Below, one piece after another: positions 41,721 to 52,669 of a stretch of 62,259 bases of DNA. Under the pieces are notes generated by a model. The model made no database searches. It was not told the origin of the DNA and worked only from the letters and a program-made list of their open reading frames with translations. The stretch is taken from NCBI RefSeq assembly GCF_035565855.1, contig NZ_DATMRX010000347.1, forward strand, positions 1 through 62,259. The letters run 5' to 3'. The stretch is from Pseudorhodoplanes sp. (lineage in GTDB: Bacteria > Pseudomonadota > Alphaproteobacteria > Rhizobiales > Xanthobacteraceae). Position 1 is the first letter of the stretch; every line of letters begins with the position of its first letter. The position numbers and the translations under genes are program-made.

Positions 41721-41749
41721 TGGATGGCCTGGTCAAGTCCGGCCATGAC
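41721..41749 (-). repeat. single GTCAT-tagged REP (CTTGA-loop subfamily)
   Basis: Reverse complement gtcatggccggacttgaccaggccatcca; same architecture as the units flanking the GIY-YIG gene. Confidence 0.8.
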
Positions 41750-41802
41750 GGTTCATTTGGGCCCGATCTTGCATTAGACAGGGTGAGATTCGGGGGCCAC
41801 AC

Positions 41803-42252
41803 ATGTTCATCACCCGTTTTTTCGTCATTCTCTTCTCGCTGATCTTCGCCCTTGTCGCCGCCGGCATCGCGCTGGCCATCGGCATCATGGCACCCGAACT
41901 CGTGAGCATGAGCTCCGACCCGATCGAGAAATTCGCATTCTTTGCGGTGGCGTTCTTCGCCACGAGCTTTGCCGGCATGACGGCTTTCGTCCCGGCGGCC
42001 GTTCTGATCGCGATCGCCGAGACCTTCAATATCCGCTCGATCTTCTATTACGCGATCGGCGGCGGGCTGATCGGTGCGGTGGCGTGGTACATGTCCGACA
42101 TTTCGCTGCAGCTTGAAAACACCACCGATCTGTCTCCGGTCACCTACGGACTGCAGCTGGTCGCCGCCTCCGGCATCATCGGCGGGTTCGTCTATTGGCT
42201 GCTCGCGGGCCGCAAGGCGGGGCGCTGGAAAGACCCATACGCCGCGACGTGA
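41803..42252 (+). CDS. hypothetical membrane protein (about 4 TM)
   Basis: Hydrophobic ORF ending GFVYWLLAGRKAG; GGGGG RBS. Confidence 0.8.
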   Translation: MFITRFFVILFSLIFALVAAGIALAIGIMAPELVSMSSDPIEKFAFFAVAFFATSFAGMTAFVPAAVLIAIAETFNIRSIFYYAIGGGLIGAVAWYMSDISLQLENTTDLSPVTYGLQLVAASGIIGGFVYWLLAGRKAGRWKDPYAAT

Positions 42253-42258
42253 CCGCGC

Positions 42259-42873
42259 GTGGACGCGCTTCTTGCGATCAAGCTCGTCTACACCGCCTTC
42301 ATGGTGGTGCTGATCCCGGTTTACCTGCGGCAATACGGCCCGACCAACTTTCTGTATTTCTGCGATCTCGCGCTCCTGTTCACGCTCGCCGGGCTGTGGC
42401 TCGACAGCCCGCTCCTGATTTCGATGAGCGCGGTCGGATTGCTGCTGCCGCAGACGCTGTGGGTCGTCGATTTCATCTTCAATCTGTTCGGGCGCAAAAC
42501 CACGGGTCTCACCGATTACATGTTCGACAGCGACCGCTCGCTGTTCCTGCGCGGTCTGTCGCTGTTCCACGGCTGGTTGCCGTTTCTGCTCGTCTATCTC
42601 GTCTGGCAGATGGGCTATGACAGCCGCGCCTTCGTCGCATGGACCATCGTGTCCTGCATCGTGCTGCCCATCTGTTATTTCTGGATGCCGCCAGCGCAGC
42701 CCGATCCCGGCCTGACGCCCGTCAACATCAACCTCGTCTGGGGATTTGACGACCGCAAGCCGCAAACCTTCATGTCACCGAATGCGTGGTTTGCGATGTT
42801 GTTCTTCGGCCTGCCGGTCGCGATCTATTGGCCGACGCATCTGTTGCTGATGGCGCTGTTCAAGCCGGCATAA
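42259..42873 (+). CDS. hypothetical integral membrane protein
   Basis: Multi-TM ORF with YGPTNFLYFCD, LSLFHGWLP and NINLVWG; GTG start. Confidence 0.8.
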   Translation: MDALLAIKLVYTAFMVVLIPVYLRQYGPTNFLYFCDLALLFTLAGLWLDSPLLISMSAVGLLLPQTLWVVDFIFNLFGRKTTGLTDYMFDSDRSLFLRGLSLFHGWLPFLLVYLVWQMGYDSRAFVAWTIVSCIVLPICYFWMPPAQPDPGLTPVNINLVWGFDDRKPQTFMSPNAWFAMLFFGLPVAIYWPTHLLLMALFKPA

Positions 42874-42911
42874 TGGGCGCGGTTGCCGCGCAATGCGGCG
42901 CATGTTGTGGC

Positions 42912-43046
42912 GCCCTCTCCTCTGAGCTCGGAAGCTGCCGCAAGCGATGATGGGTGAGGGGGCTAAGTCGGTCGATAGACCGTTACCCCTCACCCATCAC
43001 GACTCGCGGTCACCACTGTCGCGCCCTCTCCCTCAAGGGGAGAGGC
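42912..43046. repeat. CCCTC/GAGG-type composite palindromic element (left end degenerate)
   Basis: Internal inverted repeat gatgggtgagggg/cccctcacccatc; terminal hairpin gccctctccctcaaggggagaggc. Confidence 0.8.
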
Positions 43047-43070
43047 ACATATGTTAGCGGCGTGATCGCA

Positions 43071-44033
43071 TCAATTCGCCTTGATGCCGGCGTCCTTGGC
43101 GACCTTGCCCCACTTGTCGATCTCGCTCTGGATATAGGCGGCGAATTCCTCCGGCGAATTGCCGACGAGGATCGCGCCCTGCGGGGCGAGCTTCTCGCGC
43201 ACCTCCGCGCTTTTCAGCGCCTCGGCCGTCGCCTTGTGGAGCTTTGCGATTACGGCCGGCGGCGTTCCCGCCGGCGCCACCATGCCGTACCAGTTTTCCG
43301 CCTGGATCTGCGGCAACCCGACTTCGCCGGTGGTCGGCACATCCGGCAATGACGGCACGCGCGTGGTGCTGCCGAGTGCGATCGGCTTGACCTTGCCGGC
43401 CTTCACCTGCGGCAGCAGCACCGGAATATCGAGAAACACCATGTGCACCTGATTGCCGATGATGTCGTTCACGGCGGGCGCCGCGCCCTTGTAGGGTACA
43501 TGCACGATGTCGATCCCGGCCGCGCTCTTGAACAATTCGCCGGCAAGATGCGGCATCGAACCGGGACCGGTGGAGGCGAAGTTGAGCTCTCCCGGCTTGG
43601 CCTTCGCGAGCGCCAGCAAATCCTTCATCGACGAGGCGGGCACGTCAGTCGCAACCACGAGCAGCTCGGGCACCTTGGCAACGAGGGTGACGGGCTTCAG
43701 ATCCTTCAGCGTGTCGTAGGGCAGCTTCTGTTGCAGGCTTTTGGAGATCGCGAGCGCGCCGGCGCTGGTGATGGCGATCGTGTGCCCATCCGGCTCGGCC
43801 TTGGCGACCGCATCGGTGCCGAGCACGCCGCCGGCCCCGCCGCGATTGTCGATTACCACCGGCTGGCCGAGCAACTCCGACATTTTCGAGCCGACCACGC
43901 GGGCGATGATGTCATTCGGTCCGCCCGCCGGGAACGGCACGATCAGCTTGATGGGTTTGGTCGGGAAGTCCTGTGCGTGAGCGGGCAGCGTAAAGGCAAA
44001 AAGAACAGCAACAACATGCAATAAGGCGCGCAT
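43071..44033 (-). CDS. tripartite tricarboxylate transporter substrate-binding protein (Bug/TctC)
   Basis: FPTKPIKLIVPFPAGG, DNRGGAGG, HVPYKGAAPA; signal peptide; GGAGG RBS. Confidence 0.95.
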   Translation of the reverse strand: MRALLHVVAVLFAFTLPAHAQDFPTKPIKLIVPFPAGGPNDIIARVVGSKMSELLGQPVVIDNRGGAGGVLGTDAVAKAEPDGHTIAITSAGALAISKSLQQKLPYDTLKDLKPVTLVAKVPELLVVATDVPASSMKDLLALAKAKPGELNFASTGPGSMPHLAGELFKSAAGIDIVHVPYKGAAPAVNDIIGNQVHMVFLDIPVLLPQVKAGKVKPIALGSTTRVPSLPDVPTTGEVGLPQIQAENWYGMVAPAGTPPAVIAKLHKATAEALKSAEVREKLAPQGAILVGNSPEEFAAYIQSEIDKWGKVAKDAGIKAN

Positions 44034-44101
44034 ATAAATTCCTCCGACCGCGCCTTGCCGTGGCGCTTGCGGCGCATCATGCAACGCGCGCTGCGTCTTG
44101 G

Positions 44102-44743
44102 CTAGTTTGCCCGCGCGAACAGCAGCCTTGCCGCGAAGGCGCCCATCAAACCGGCAAAGGCCCAGTCGAAGATGCGCATCAGGCGCGGGGAGTTTCGCAT
44201 CGCCGCGGCGAAGCGTTCGGCGCCGAGGATGATCGGCGCCGAGACGATCGGCGTCAGCACCGTGTAAAGCAGCCCGAGAAACAACATCTTGGCGGGTGCG
44301 TCCGGATCGGTCGCCGACACGAATTGCGGCAGGAAGGTCAGGAAGAACATCACGACCTTCGGATTGAGCATGTCGACGCCGAATCCCATCGCAAAGGCGC
44401 GATGCAGGCTGGTGGGCTTCGGCTTTCCCTTCTTGAGGGTCAGCGACGAGCCGTGCCGGATCGCCTGTACGGCAAGCCAGAGCAGATAGGCGGCGCCGGC
44501 GATCTTGATGATCGTGAAGGCGGTGGCGGAGGCAACGAGGATGGCCGACAATCCGAAAGCCGCGAGCATCGAATGCGCGAACAGGCCGGCAGTCGCGCCG
44601 AACATCGAAGCGAAGCCGCGGGCGCGTCCGCCATTGATCGTCTGGCTGAGAAACAGCGTCATGTCCGGTCCCGGCGTCACGATCAGCAGCAGCGATGCCG
44701 CGGTGAAGGCGGCGACAATCGTAAAGTCCGGCAGGATGGTCAT
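44102..44743 (-). CDS. LysE family translocator
   Basis: TPGPD, KIAGAAYLLWL, LNPKV...FLPQF. Confidence 0.93.
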   Translation of the reverse strand: MTILPDFTIVAAFTAASLLLIVTPGPDMTLFLSQTINGGRARGFASMFGATAGLFAHSMLAAFGLSAILVASATAFTIIKIAGAAYLLWLAVQAIRHGSSLTLKKGKPKPTSLHRAFAMGFGVDMLNPKVVMFFLTFLPQFVSATDPDAPAKMLFLGLLYTVLTPIVSAPIILGAERFAAAMRNSPRLMRIFDWAFAGLMGAFAARLLFARAN

Positions 44744-44765
44744 GCGGGCATTATTCGCTGAGGGT

Positions 44766-45344
44766 TCAGGGCGTGCCGGTGATGTATCGCTGCAGGGTCG
44801 CGCCGACCTCGCGCACGATGTCGTCGTGCGACAGGGAGACGACCGGCGGGAGCTTCAGGATATAGCGGCAGAGCGCGAGGCCGAGCAATTGGCTCGCCAC
44901 GAGGCCTGCGCGCTGGCTCGCGGTGTCCTGCGGGCCGATCGCCGCGATCGCCTTGCCGACCTGAGCGGCAAAGACTTCGCGCACTTTCTTCGCCGCGAAA
45001 TCGTTCGATGCAGCCGATCGCAGCAGGATCGCCATCTCCTTGCCGCTCCCCGGACCCTCCCAGAGATCGATGAAGCGGAGCGCCAGCGCTTCGCCAATCC
45101 GGGACGGCTCGATGCTGCGCAGGTCAGGTAGATCGAGCCGGATCGAGGCGGCGCGGGCAAACAGCTCGTCCTTGTTGCCGAAGTAGCGGATCACCATGGC
45201 GGGATCGATCTCGGCGCGCGCCGCGATGTCGCGGATCGTGGTGCCGTCGAAGCCCCGCTCGGCGAACAGGCCTTGTGCGGCAGCCAGGATCTCAGCGCGG
45301 GTGCGGTCGGATTTGCTTTGTTTTTCAGGGGCTTTCGTCGCCAT
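44766..45344 (-). CDS. TetR family transcriptional regulator
   Basis: ILAAAQGLFAERGFDGTTIRDIAARAEIDPAMVIRYFGNKDELF. Confidence 0.94.
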   Translation of the reverse strand: MATKAPEKQSKSDRTRAEILAAAQGLFAERGFDGTTIRDIAARAEIDPAMVIRYFGNKDELFARAASIRLDLPDLRSIEPSRIGEALALRFIDLWEGPGSGKEMAILLRSAASNDFAAKKVREVFAAQVGKAIAAIGPQDTASQRAGLVASQLLGLALCRYILKLPPVVSLSHDDIVREVGATLQRYITGTP

Positions 45345-45355
45345 TTCGAAAATAT

Positions 45356-45412
45356 GCCAACGCTTGTTGACAAATGCAAGGCGCATGGTCATATAAGTCA
45401 ACATACGTTGAC
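45356..45412. promoter_or_regulatory. putative TetR operators GTCAAC-N4-GTTGAC (two copies)
   Basis: gccaacgcttgttgac (45356-45371) and gtcaacatacgttgac (45397-45412) between the divergent tetR and monooxygenase genes. Confidence 0.75.
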
Positions 45413-45428
45413 ATTTTAGGAGAGTGCG

Positions 45429-46616
45429 ATGCTGAAGGATCGTACGGATATTCTCATTGTTGGCGCGGGGCCGACCGGAATGGCGCTTTCGATTGCGCTT
45501 TTAAACGCCGGCGTCGATCACGAGATCATCGATCGGCGGCCCGCAGGCGAGAGCACCTCGCGCGCCGCTGTGATCCACGCCCAGACGCTGGATTCCCTCG
45601 ACGAGATTGGCGTAGCCGACCAACTCGTGGCGGCGGGATTGAAGCTCGAGAGTTTCACCGTCCGCGACCGCGACTCGGCGCTGCTCGGCGTCAGGTTCGA
45701 CCGGCTGCCGAGCCGCCATCCGTACCTCCTGATGCTGCCGCAGAATGTCACCGAGGACATTCTGGCAAATGAGATCGCAAAGCTCGGAGGCGTGATCCAT
45801 CGCGGCGTGGCGGCGACCGCGATCGCGCAGGGGCCGGATTGCGCTCAGGTTACCGTGTCCGACAACGGACGCGACCACACGATCCTTGCGCGTTATGTCG
45901 TCGGCGCCGACGGCATGCACAGTGTGGTGCGGGAGGCGGCGGGCATCGCGTTCGAGGGCGAGACCTACGGCGAGTCCTTTGTCCTTGCCGACGTGCATCT
46001 GCAATGGCCGCTCGGCCGGGAAGAGGTGTCGCTGTTCTTCTCGCCGAATGGGCTTGTGGTGGTGGCGCCGCTGCCCGATGGCACCTATCGCGTGGTGGCG
46101 ACGCTGGACGATGCGCCTGAACATCCGTCGATCGCCGATATCCAGGCGCTGCTCTACGGGCGCGGGCCCGAAGCGAATCCGGCAAGGGTCGTCGACATGA
46201 TCTGGAGTTCGCGCTTCCGCGTGCATCACAGGATCGCGAGATCCTATCGCGACGGCCGGCTGATCCTGATGGGCGACGCCGCGCATGTTCACAGTCCCGC
46301 GGGCGGTCAGGGCATGAATACCGGGCTGATCGATGCCGTGGTGCTGGGCAACCTGCTTGCGGGTGTCGTGCGCGAGTCTCGGCCGGAGAGCGACATCGAC
46401 CTTTATCAGGAGACACGCCGGCCGGCTGCGCTTCAGGTTCTTGCGCTTGCCGGCCGGCTTACTCGCCTGGCGACGATGCGCAATCCCGTGGCGAAGTGCG
46501 CGCGCAACGCTGCGTTCTGGGTGGTCGATCACAACCCGGTGGCCAAGCGCAGGATTGCGATGAACCTGTCAGGCCTCAGCCGCGCATCGCTCGCGCATCT
46601 GCCGCTCGCCTCGTGA
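45429..46616 (+). CDS. FAD-dependent monooxygenase (group A)
   Basis: GAGPTG, VGADG and GDAAHVHSPAGGQGMNTG motifs. Confidence 0.94.
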   Translation: MLKDRTDILIVGAGPTGMALSIALLNAGVDHEIIDRRPAGESTSRAAVIHAQTLDSLDEIGVADQLVAAGLKLESFTVRDRDSALLGVRFDRLPSRHPYLLMLPQNVTEDILANEIAKLGGVIHRGVAATAIAQGPDCAQVTVSDNGRDHTILARYVVGADGMHSVVREAAGIAFEGETYGESFVLADVHLQWPLGREEVSLFFSPNGLVVVAPLPDGTYRVVATLDDAPEHPSIADIQALLYGRGPEANPARVVDMIWSSRFRVHHRIARSYRDGRLILMGDAAHVHSPAGGQGMNTGLIDAVVLGNLLAGVVRESRPESDIDLYQETRRPAALQVLALAGRLTRLATMRNPVAKCARNAAFWVVDHNPVAKRRIAMNLSGLSRASLAHLPLAS

Positions 46617-46635
46617 CGGGTGCGGCCGGCAAGAC

Positions 46636-47811
46636 TCAGGCGCTCTGCTGCTTCGCCCGCTGGACGTCCGCCTTGCCGCGGAAATGCGGGATCACTTCCC
46701 TGGCGAACAGTTCGGTACTCTTGGTCACGAGGTCATGCGGCAGCGTTCCGAACTGCATGGTCGGCAGGAGATAGCCGAAGCCGATCTGCGCCTGGAATTG
46801 CTCCAGCTTTTCGCGCAGCGTCGCAGGACTCCCGCACAGGAAGATCGCCTTTTCCATCAAGTCGTCGATGGTCTGCACGCCGCCTGACAGCGTGCGCTTT
46901 GCGGCGATCACGCCCTGCATCGAGGCAAGAGAAAGATAGCCGGGCGGCAGCAGCATTTCCTGCGGCATGCGCAACAGCTTGTTGAAGAAGAATTCGATAT
47001 GCGGCTTGGCCTCCTTGCGCGCGATTTCGTCGGTCTCGGCGCAATAGGTCGGGATCGCCCAACCGACATTTTCCGGCCCGGCCTGCCAGCCTTGCCGCTC
47101 GGCGCTGTCGCGATACATCTGCATGTAGCGCGCGAGCGCCTGCACCGGCGAGAAGGTCTGCAGATAGGTGTATTTGCGCGAAGGGTGCGTCGCCCATTCG
47201 ATGGTCTCGCGCGAGCCTTGCGAGGGAATCCAGACCGGCGGATGCGGCTGCTGATAAGGGCGCGGCCACACATTCACATAGTTGAAGTGATAATATTTGC
47301 CTTCGAAGGCGAATGGTCCCGGCCGCGTCCAGCCCTCTATGATGAGATCGTGCGCTTCGTGAAAGCGCTCGTGCGATTCCGCCGGGTTTGCGCCCCAGGA
47401 GTGATATTCGGCGCCGATGCCGCGCACGAAGCCGGCGACGAGACGTCCGCCGGTGATGGTGTCGAGCATTGCGAATTCTTCGGCGACCGTGAGCGGATTG
47501 TTCAGGAGCGGCAACGCGCGGCCAAGCACGGCGATCTTGCAGTTCTTCGTACGGCGGGCGAGCGCGCCCGCCATCACGCCAGGGATCGGCATCATGCCAT
47601 AGGCGTTGGAGTGATGCTCATTGACGCAGATGCCGTCGAAGCCCATCGCGTCGGCATATTCCAGCTCGTCGAGATAGCGGTTGTAGAGCTGATGTCCGAT
47701 TTTGGGATCGTAATAGCTGTTGGGCAGCGTCACCCAGGCGGAGTTGTGTTGCTTGTCGTAATCGGGATCGAGCGCTGCGTAGGGCATCAGGTGGAAGAAA
47801 AAGAATTTCAT
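46636..47811 (-). CDS. LLM class (luciferase-like) flavin-dependent oxidoreductase
   Basis: GFDGICVNEHH, AEEFAMLD, FEGKYY, PRPYQQPHPPVW. Confidence 0.93.
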   Translation of the reverse strand: MKFFFFHLMPYAALDPDYDKQHNSAWVTLPNSYYDPKIGHQLYNRYLDELEYADAMGFDGICVNEHHSNAYGMMPIPGVMAGALARRTKNCKIAVLGRALPLLNNPLTVAEEFAMLDTITGGRLVAGFVRGIGAEYHSWGANPAESHERFHEAHDLIIEGWTRPGPFAFEGKYYHFNYVNVWPRPYQQPHPPVWIPSQGSRETIEWATHPSRKYTYLQTFSPVQALARYMQMYRDSAERQGWQAGPENVGWAIPTYCAETDEIARKEAKPHIEFFFNKLLRMPQEMLLPPGYLSLASMQGVIAAKRTLSGGVQTIDDLMEKAIFLCGSPATLREKLEQFQAQIGFGYLLPTMQFGTLPHDLVTKSTELFAREVIPHFRGKADVQRAKQQSA

Positions 47812-47840
47812 TATGTTCTCCCGCGCGCTTTTCTCTGATT

Positions 47841-47936
47841 CCTCATGGTGGGAGCGCTGAAAGCGCGTCTCGAACCATGAGGCCCGACTTGGCCTTCATC
47901 CTTCGAGACGCGCTTTCAGCGCTCCTCAGGATGAGG
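47841..47936. repeat. CTCAT-tagged REP doublet
   Basis: Perfect 24-bp inverted repeat ggagcgctgaaagcgcgtctcgaa (47851-47874 / 47902-47925), bounded by cctcat...atgagg. Confidence 0.85.
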
Positions 47937-47965
47937 GTCTGCGTTCGAATGTGCCGCAACAGACA

Positions 47966-48754
47966 TCATCGTGAACCGTTGCCGCTTCCGATAAACCCCG
48001 TCATCAGCGCGGCGAGTTCTCCCGGTTTCTCGATCTGCAGCGTGTGACCCGCATCCTTGATCACCTCCAGCCGCGAACCGGGGATCAGGCGATGATAGGC
48101 TTCGCCATAAGGCGGCGGAAACACCTTGTCGTCGTCGCCCCACACGATCAGCGTCGGCACCGTGATCCGGTGCAGCCATTTCACGAGGTCCGGATTGTAG
48201 AGGCGCGGCTGCCAACCAAGCTTCGCGGTAGCGAGCCGGTTCTTCATCTCGATCATCAGCTCGGCCTCGCCCGGCGGCTGCGCCAGCATCGCTTCGGCGA
48301 CTTTCGGATCGTGGAAGATGTTGCGGATGAAATCCTCGCGCGACCACATGAAGATGTCGCCCTTGGCGACGCCCTTCACATGGATGCCGGCGGCGCAGAT
48401 CAGGGTCAGTGTCTTCAACGCCGATTGATTGCGCACAGCGATTTCGGCGGCGATCCAGCCGCCGAGCGAAACGCCGGCGAGATTGAGCCGCGGCAGCTTC
48501 AATGTGTCGATCAGGTCGAGATAGAAATAGGCGAGGTCGCCGACGTTATCGAGCCAATCCGGCGTATCCGAGCCGCCGAACCCCGGATGCTCCGGCACGA
48601 TCAGGTCGAAACGCTCCGACATCGTCTCGAAGAACGGCAGCCATGCGGAGGCGCCACGGGCGCCATGCAGGAACAGCAGCGGTTCGCCTGATCCCCCGCG
48701 CATGATGCGGATCTTGCAGCCGGCGACGGTTTCGAAGCTTTCCCGATATGGCAA
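47966..48754 (-). CDS. alpha/beta fold hydrolase
   Basis: LFLHG, PGFGGS, nucleophile elbow GVSLGG, WGDDD, AGH. Confidence 0.92.
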   Translation of the reverse strand: MPYRESFETVAGCKIRIMRGGSGEPLLFLHGARGASAWLPFFETMSERFDLIVPEHPGFGGSDTPDWLDNVGDLAYFYLDLIDTLKLPRLNLAGVSLGGWIAAEIAVRNQSALKTLTLICAAGIHVKGVAKGDIFMWSREDFIRNIFHDPKVAEAMLAQPPGEAELMIEMKNRLATAKLGWQPRLYNPDLVKWLHRITVPTLIVWGDDDKVFPPPYGEAYHRLIPGSRLEVIKDAGHTLQIEKPGELAALMTGFIGSGNGSR

Positions 48755-48877
48755 GGCGCGACCTCCCGCAGAACTCTACCGTTATCGCGGCGCGGGGATG
48801 CAGCCAAGTGGTGGGCAGCGCAGGAGATTTGCGCTAATGGATGGGCACCTTTATCTGCCATTCGCCCCGCGGATGGA

Positions 48878-49243
48878 ATGCCGGAGTCATACGTGGCCCT
48901 CGAGACACCTTTCACACTTTCCGAGCTCGCTGTCATCGTGAAGGAGCGCGCCACGGCCAGCGCCGACGTGTCCTATACCCGCAAGCTTCTGGACCGCGGC
49001 GTCGAGCATTGCGCCAAGAAGCTCGGCGAAGAGGCGGTGGAGACGGCGCTGGCCGCCGTGTCCGAGGATCGCGAGCGCGTGATCTCGGAGGCGGCCGATC
49101 TGCTGTACCATCTGCTGGTGGTTTTGCAGTCGCGCGGGGTCGAGCTCAGCGAGGTCGAGGCGGTTCTCGCCAAACGGACCGGGCAATCGGGACTCGCTGA
49201 GAAGGCGGCCCGCGTTCACGATCGCCGGCCTTCCGAACTGTAG
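48878..49243 (+). CDS. hisE: phosphoribosyl-ATP diphosphatase
   Basis: SYTRKLL...[10 protein letters not shown]...[11 protein letters not shown]; start uncertain. Confidence 0.95.
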   Translation: MPESYVALETPFTLSELAVIVKERATASADVSYTRKLLDRGVEHCAKKLGEEAVETALAAVSEDRERVISEAADLLYHLLVVLQSRGVELSEVEAVLAKRTGQSGLAEKAARVHDRRPSEL

Positions 49244-49265
49244 GGAACGTCCTGTAGCAAGCGTC

Positions 49266-50219
49266 ATGGAACAGCGCGCCGAACCGGAAGTCTCTCCGTA
49301 CCGCGCCTTCAGCCGCGCGGAATGGGCGGCGTTGCGTGCCGATACGCCGATGACCCTCAATACCGAGGAAGTGGCGACGCTGCGCTCGATGCATGATCGC
49401 CTCGACATGAAGGAGGTCGAGGACATCTATCTGCCGCTGTCGCGCCTCCTGTCGATGTATGTCGCGGCCTCGCAGCGCCTGTTTCGCGTTCAGCAAAGCT
49501 TCCTCGGAACGGAAGACTCAAAGGTGCCCTACATCATCGGCGTTGCCGGCTCGGTCGCGGTCGGCAAGTCGACCACCGCGCGCGTGTTGCAGGCGCTGCT
49601 GGCACGATGGCCGAACACGCCGAAGGTCGATCTCGTCACGACCGACGGCTTCCTTCTGCCGAATGCCGTGTTGGAACGCGAAGGCCTGATGGAGAGGAAG
49701 GGCTTTCCGGAAAGCTACGATCTCCCCGAACTCCTTCGCTTTCTTTCAGGCATCAAGGCCGGCCGCCGGCCGATGCGCGCGCCGGTTTATTCGCACATCG
49801 TCTATGACGTCGTGCCGCATGACTGGATCGAGATCGATCGTCCGGACATCCTGATCGTCGAGGGTTTGAATGTGTTGCAGGCCGGACGTCTGCCGAAGGA
49901 CGGCAAGGCGGTGCCCTTCGTTTCCGACTTCTTCGACTTCTCGGTCTATATCGATGCCGCCGAGGATGTGCTGGAACGCTGGTATGTCGATCGCTTCCTG
50001 GCGCTGCGGCTGACCGCGTTTCGCGATCCGATGTCGTATTTCCATCGCTATTCGCGGCTGTCGGATTCCGAAGCTGTCTCGACCGCAAAGAGCATCTGGG
50101 ATCGGATCAACCTCGTCAATCTGCGCGAGAATATCCTGCCGACGCGCCAGCGCGCCGACCTGATCCTCACCAAGAACGCCAATCATCTGATCGACGAAGT
50201 GGCGCTGCGGCGGCTTTAG
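49266..50219 (+). CDS. coaA: type I pantothenate kinase
   Basis: [31 protein letters not shown]. Confidence 0.97.
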   Translation: MEQRAEPEVSPYRAFSRAEWAALRADTPMTLNTEEVATLRSMHDRLDMKEVEDIYLPLSRLLSMYVAASQRLFRVQQSFLGTEDSKVPYIIGVAGSVAVGKSTTARVLQALLARWPNTPKVDLVTTDGFLLPNAVLEREGLMERKGFPESYDLPELLRFLSGIKAGRRPMRAPVYSHIVYDVVPHDWIEIDRPDILIVEGLNVLQAGRLPKDGKAVPFVSDFFDFSVYIDAAEDVLERWYVDRFLALRLTAFRDPMSYFHRYSRLSDSEAVSTAKSIWDRINLVNLRENILPTRQRADLILTKNANHLIDEVALRRL

Positions 50220-50246
50220 TCCGCTTCCCTGAAAGGGCCCGGGCTG

Positions 50247-52472
<2,226 letters not shown>

Positions 52473-52669
52473 GCCTGATGCCCCGTCGCGGCCGCCCTCG
52501 GTCGGACGGCTCTTGTGTTTGTGGCAAGGTGAGGGAGCGGGGTTGCAAATGAATTGAGAAACCGGCGTGTCGGCCGGTCGATGCTTGACAGCGCCAACAG
52601 AGCGTTGCGGCTTTCATTAAAGTTTTATCGATTACCGCGCGCGGCAAGCGCCCACACACGAATGGCGGC

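Noticed and set aside
30973-47936. Palindromic repeats as a CRISPR array or IS ends
   Set aside because: Repeats are dispersed rather than regularly spaced; no cas or DDE/HUH transposase gene and no clear target-site duplications.
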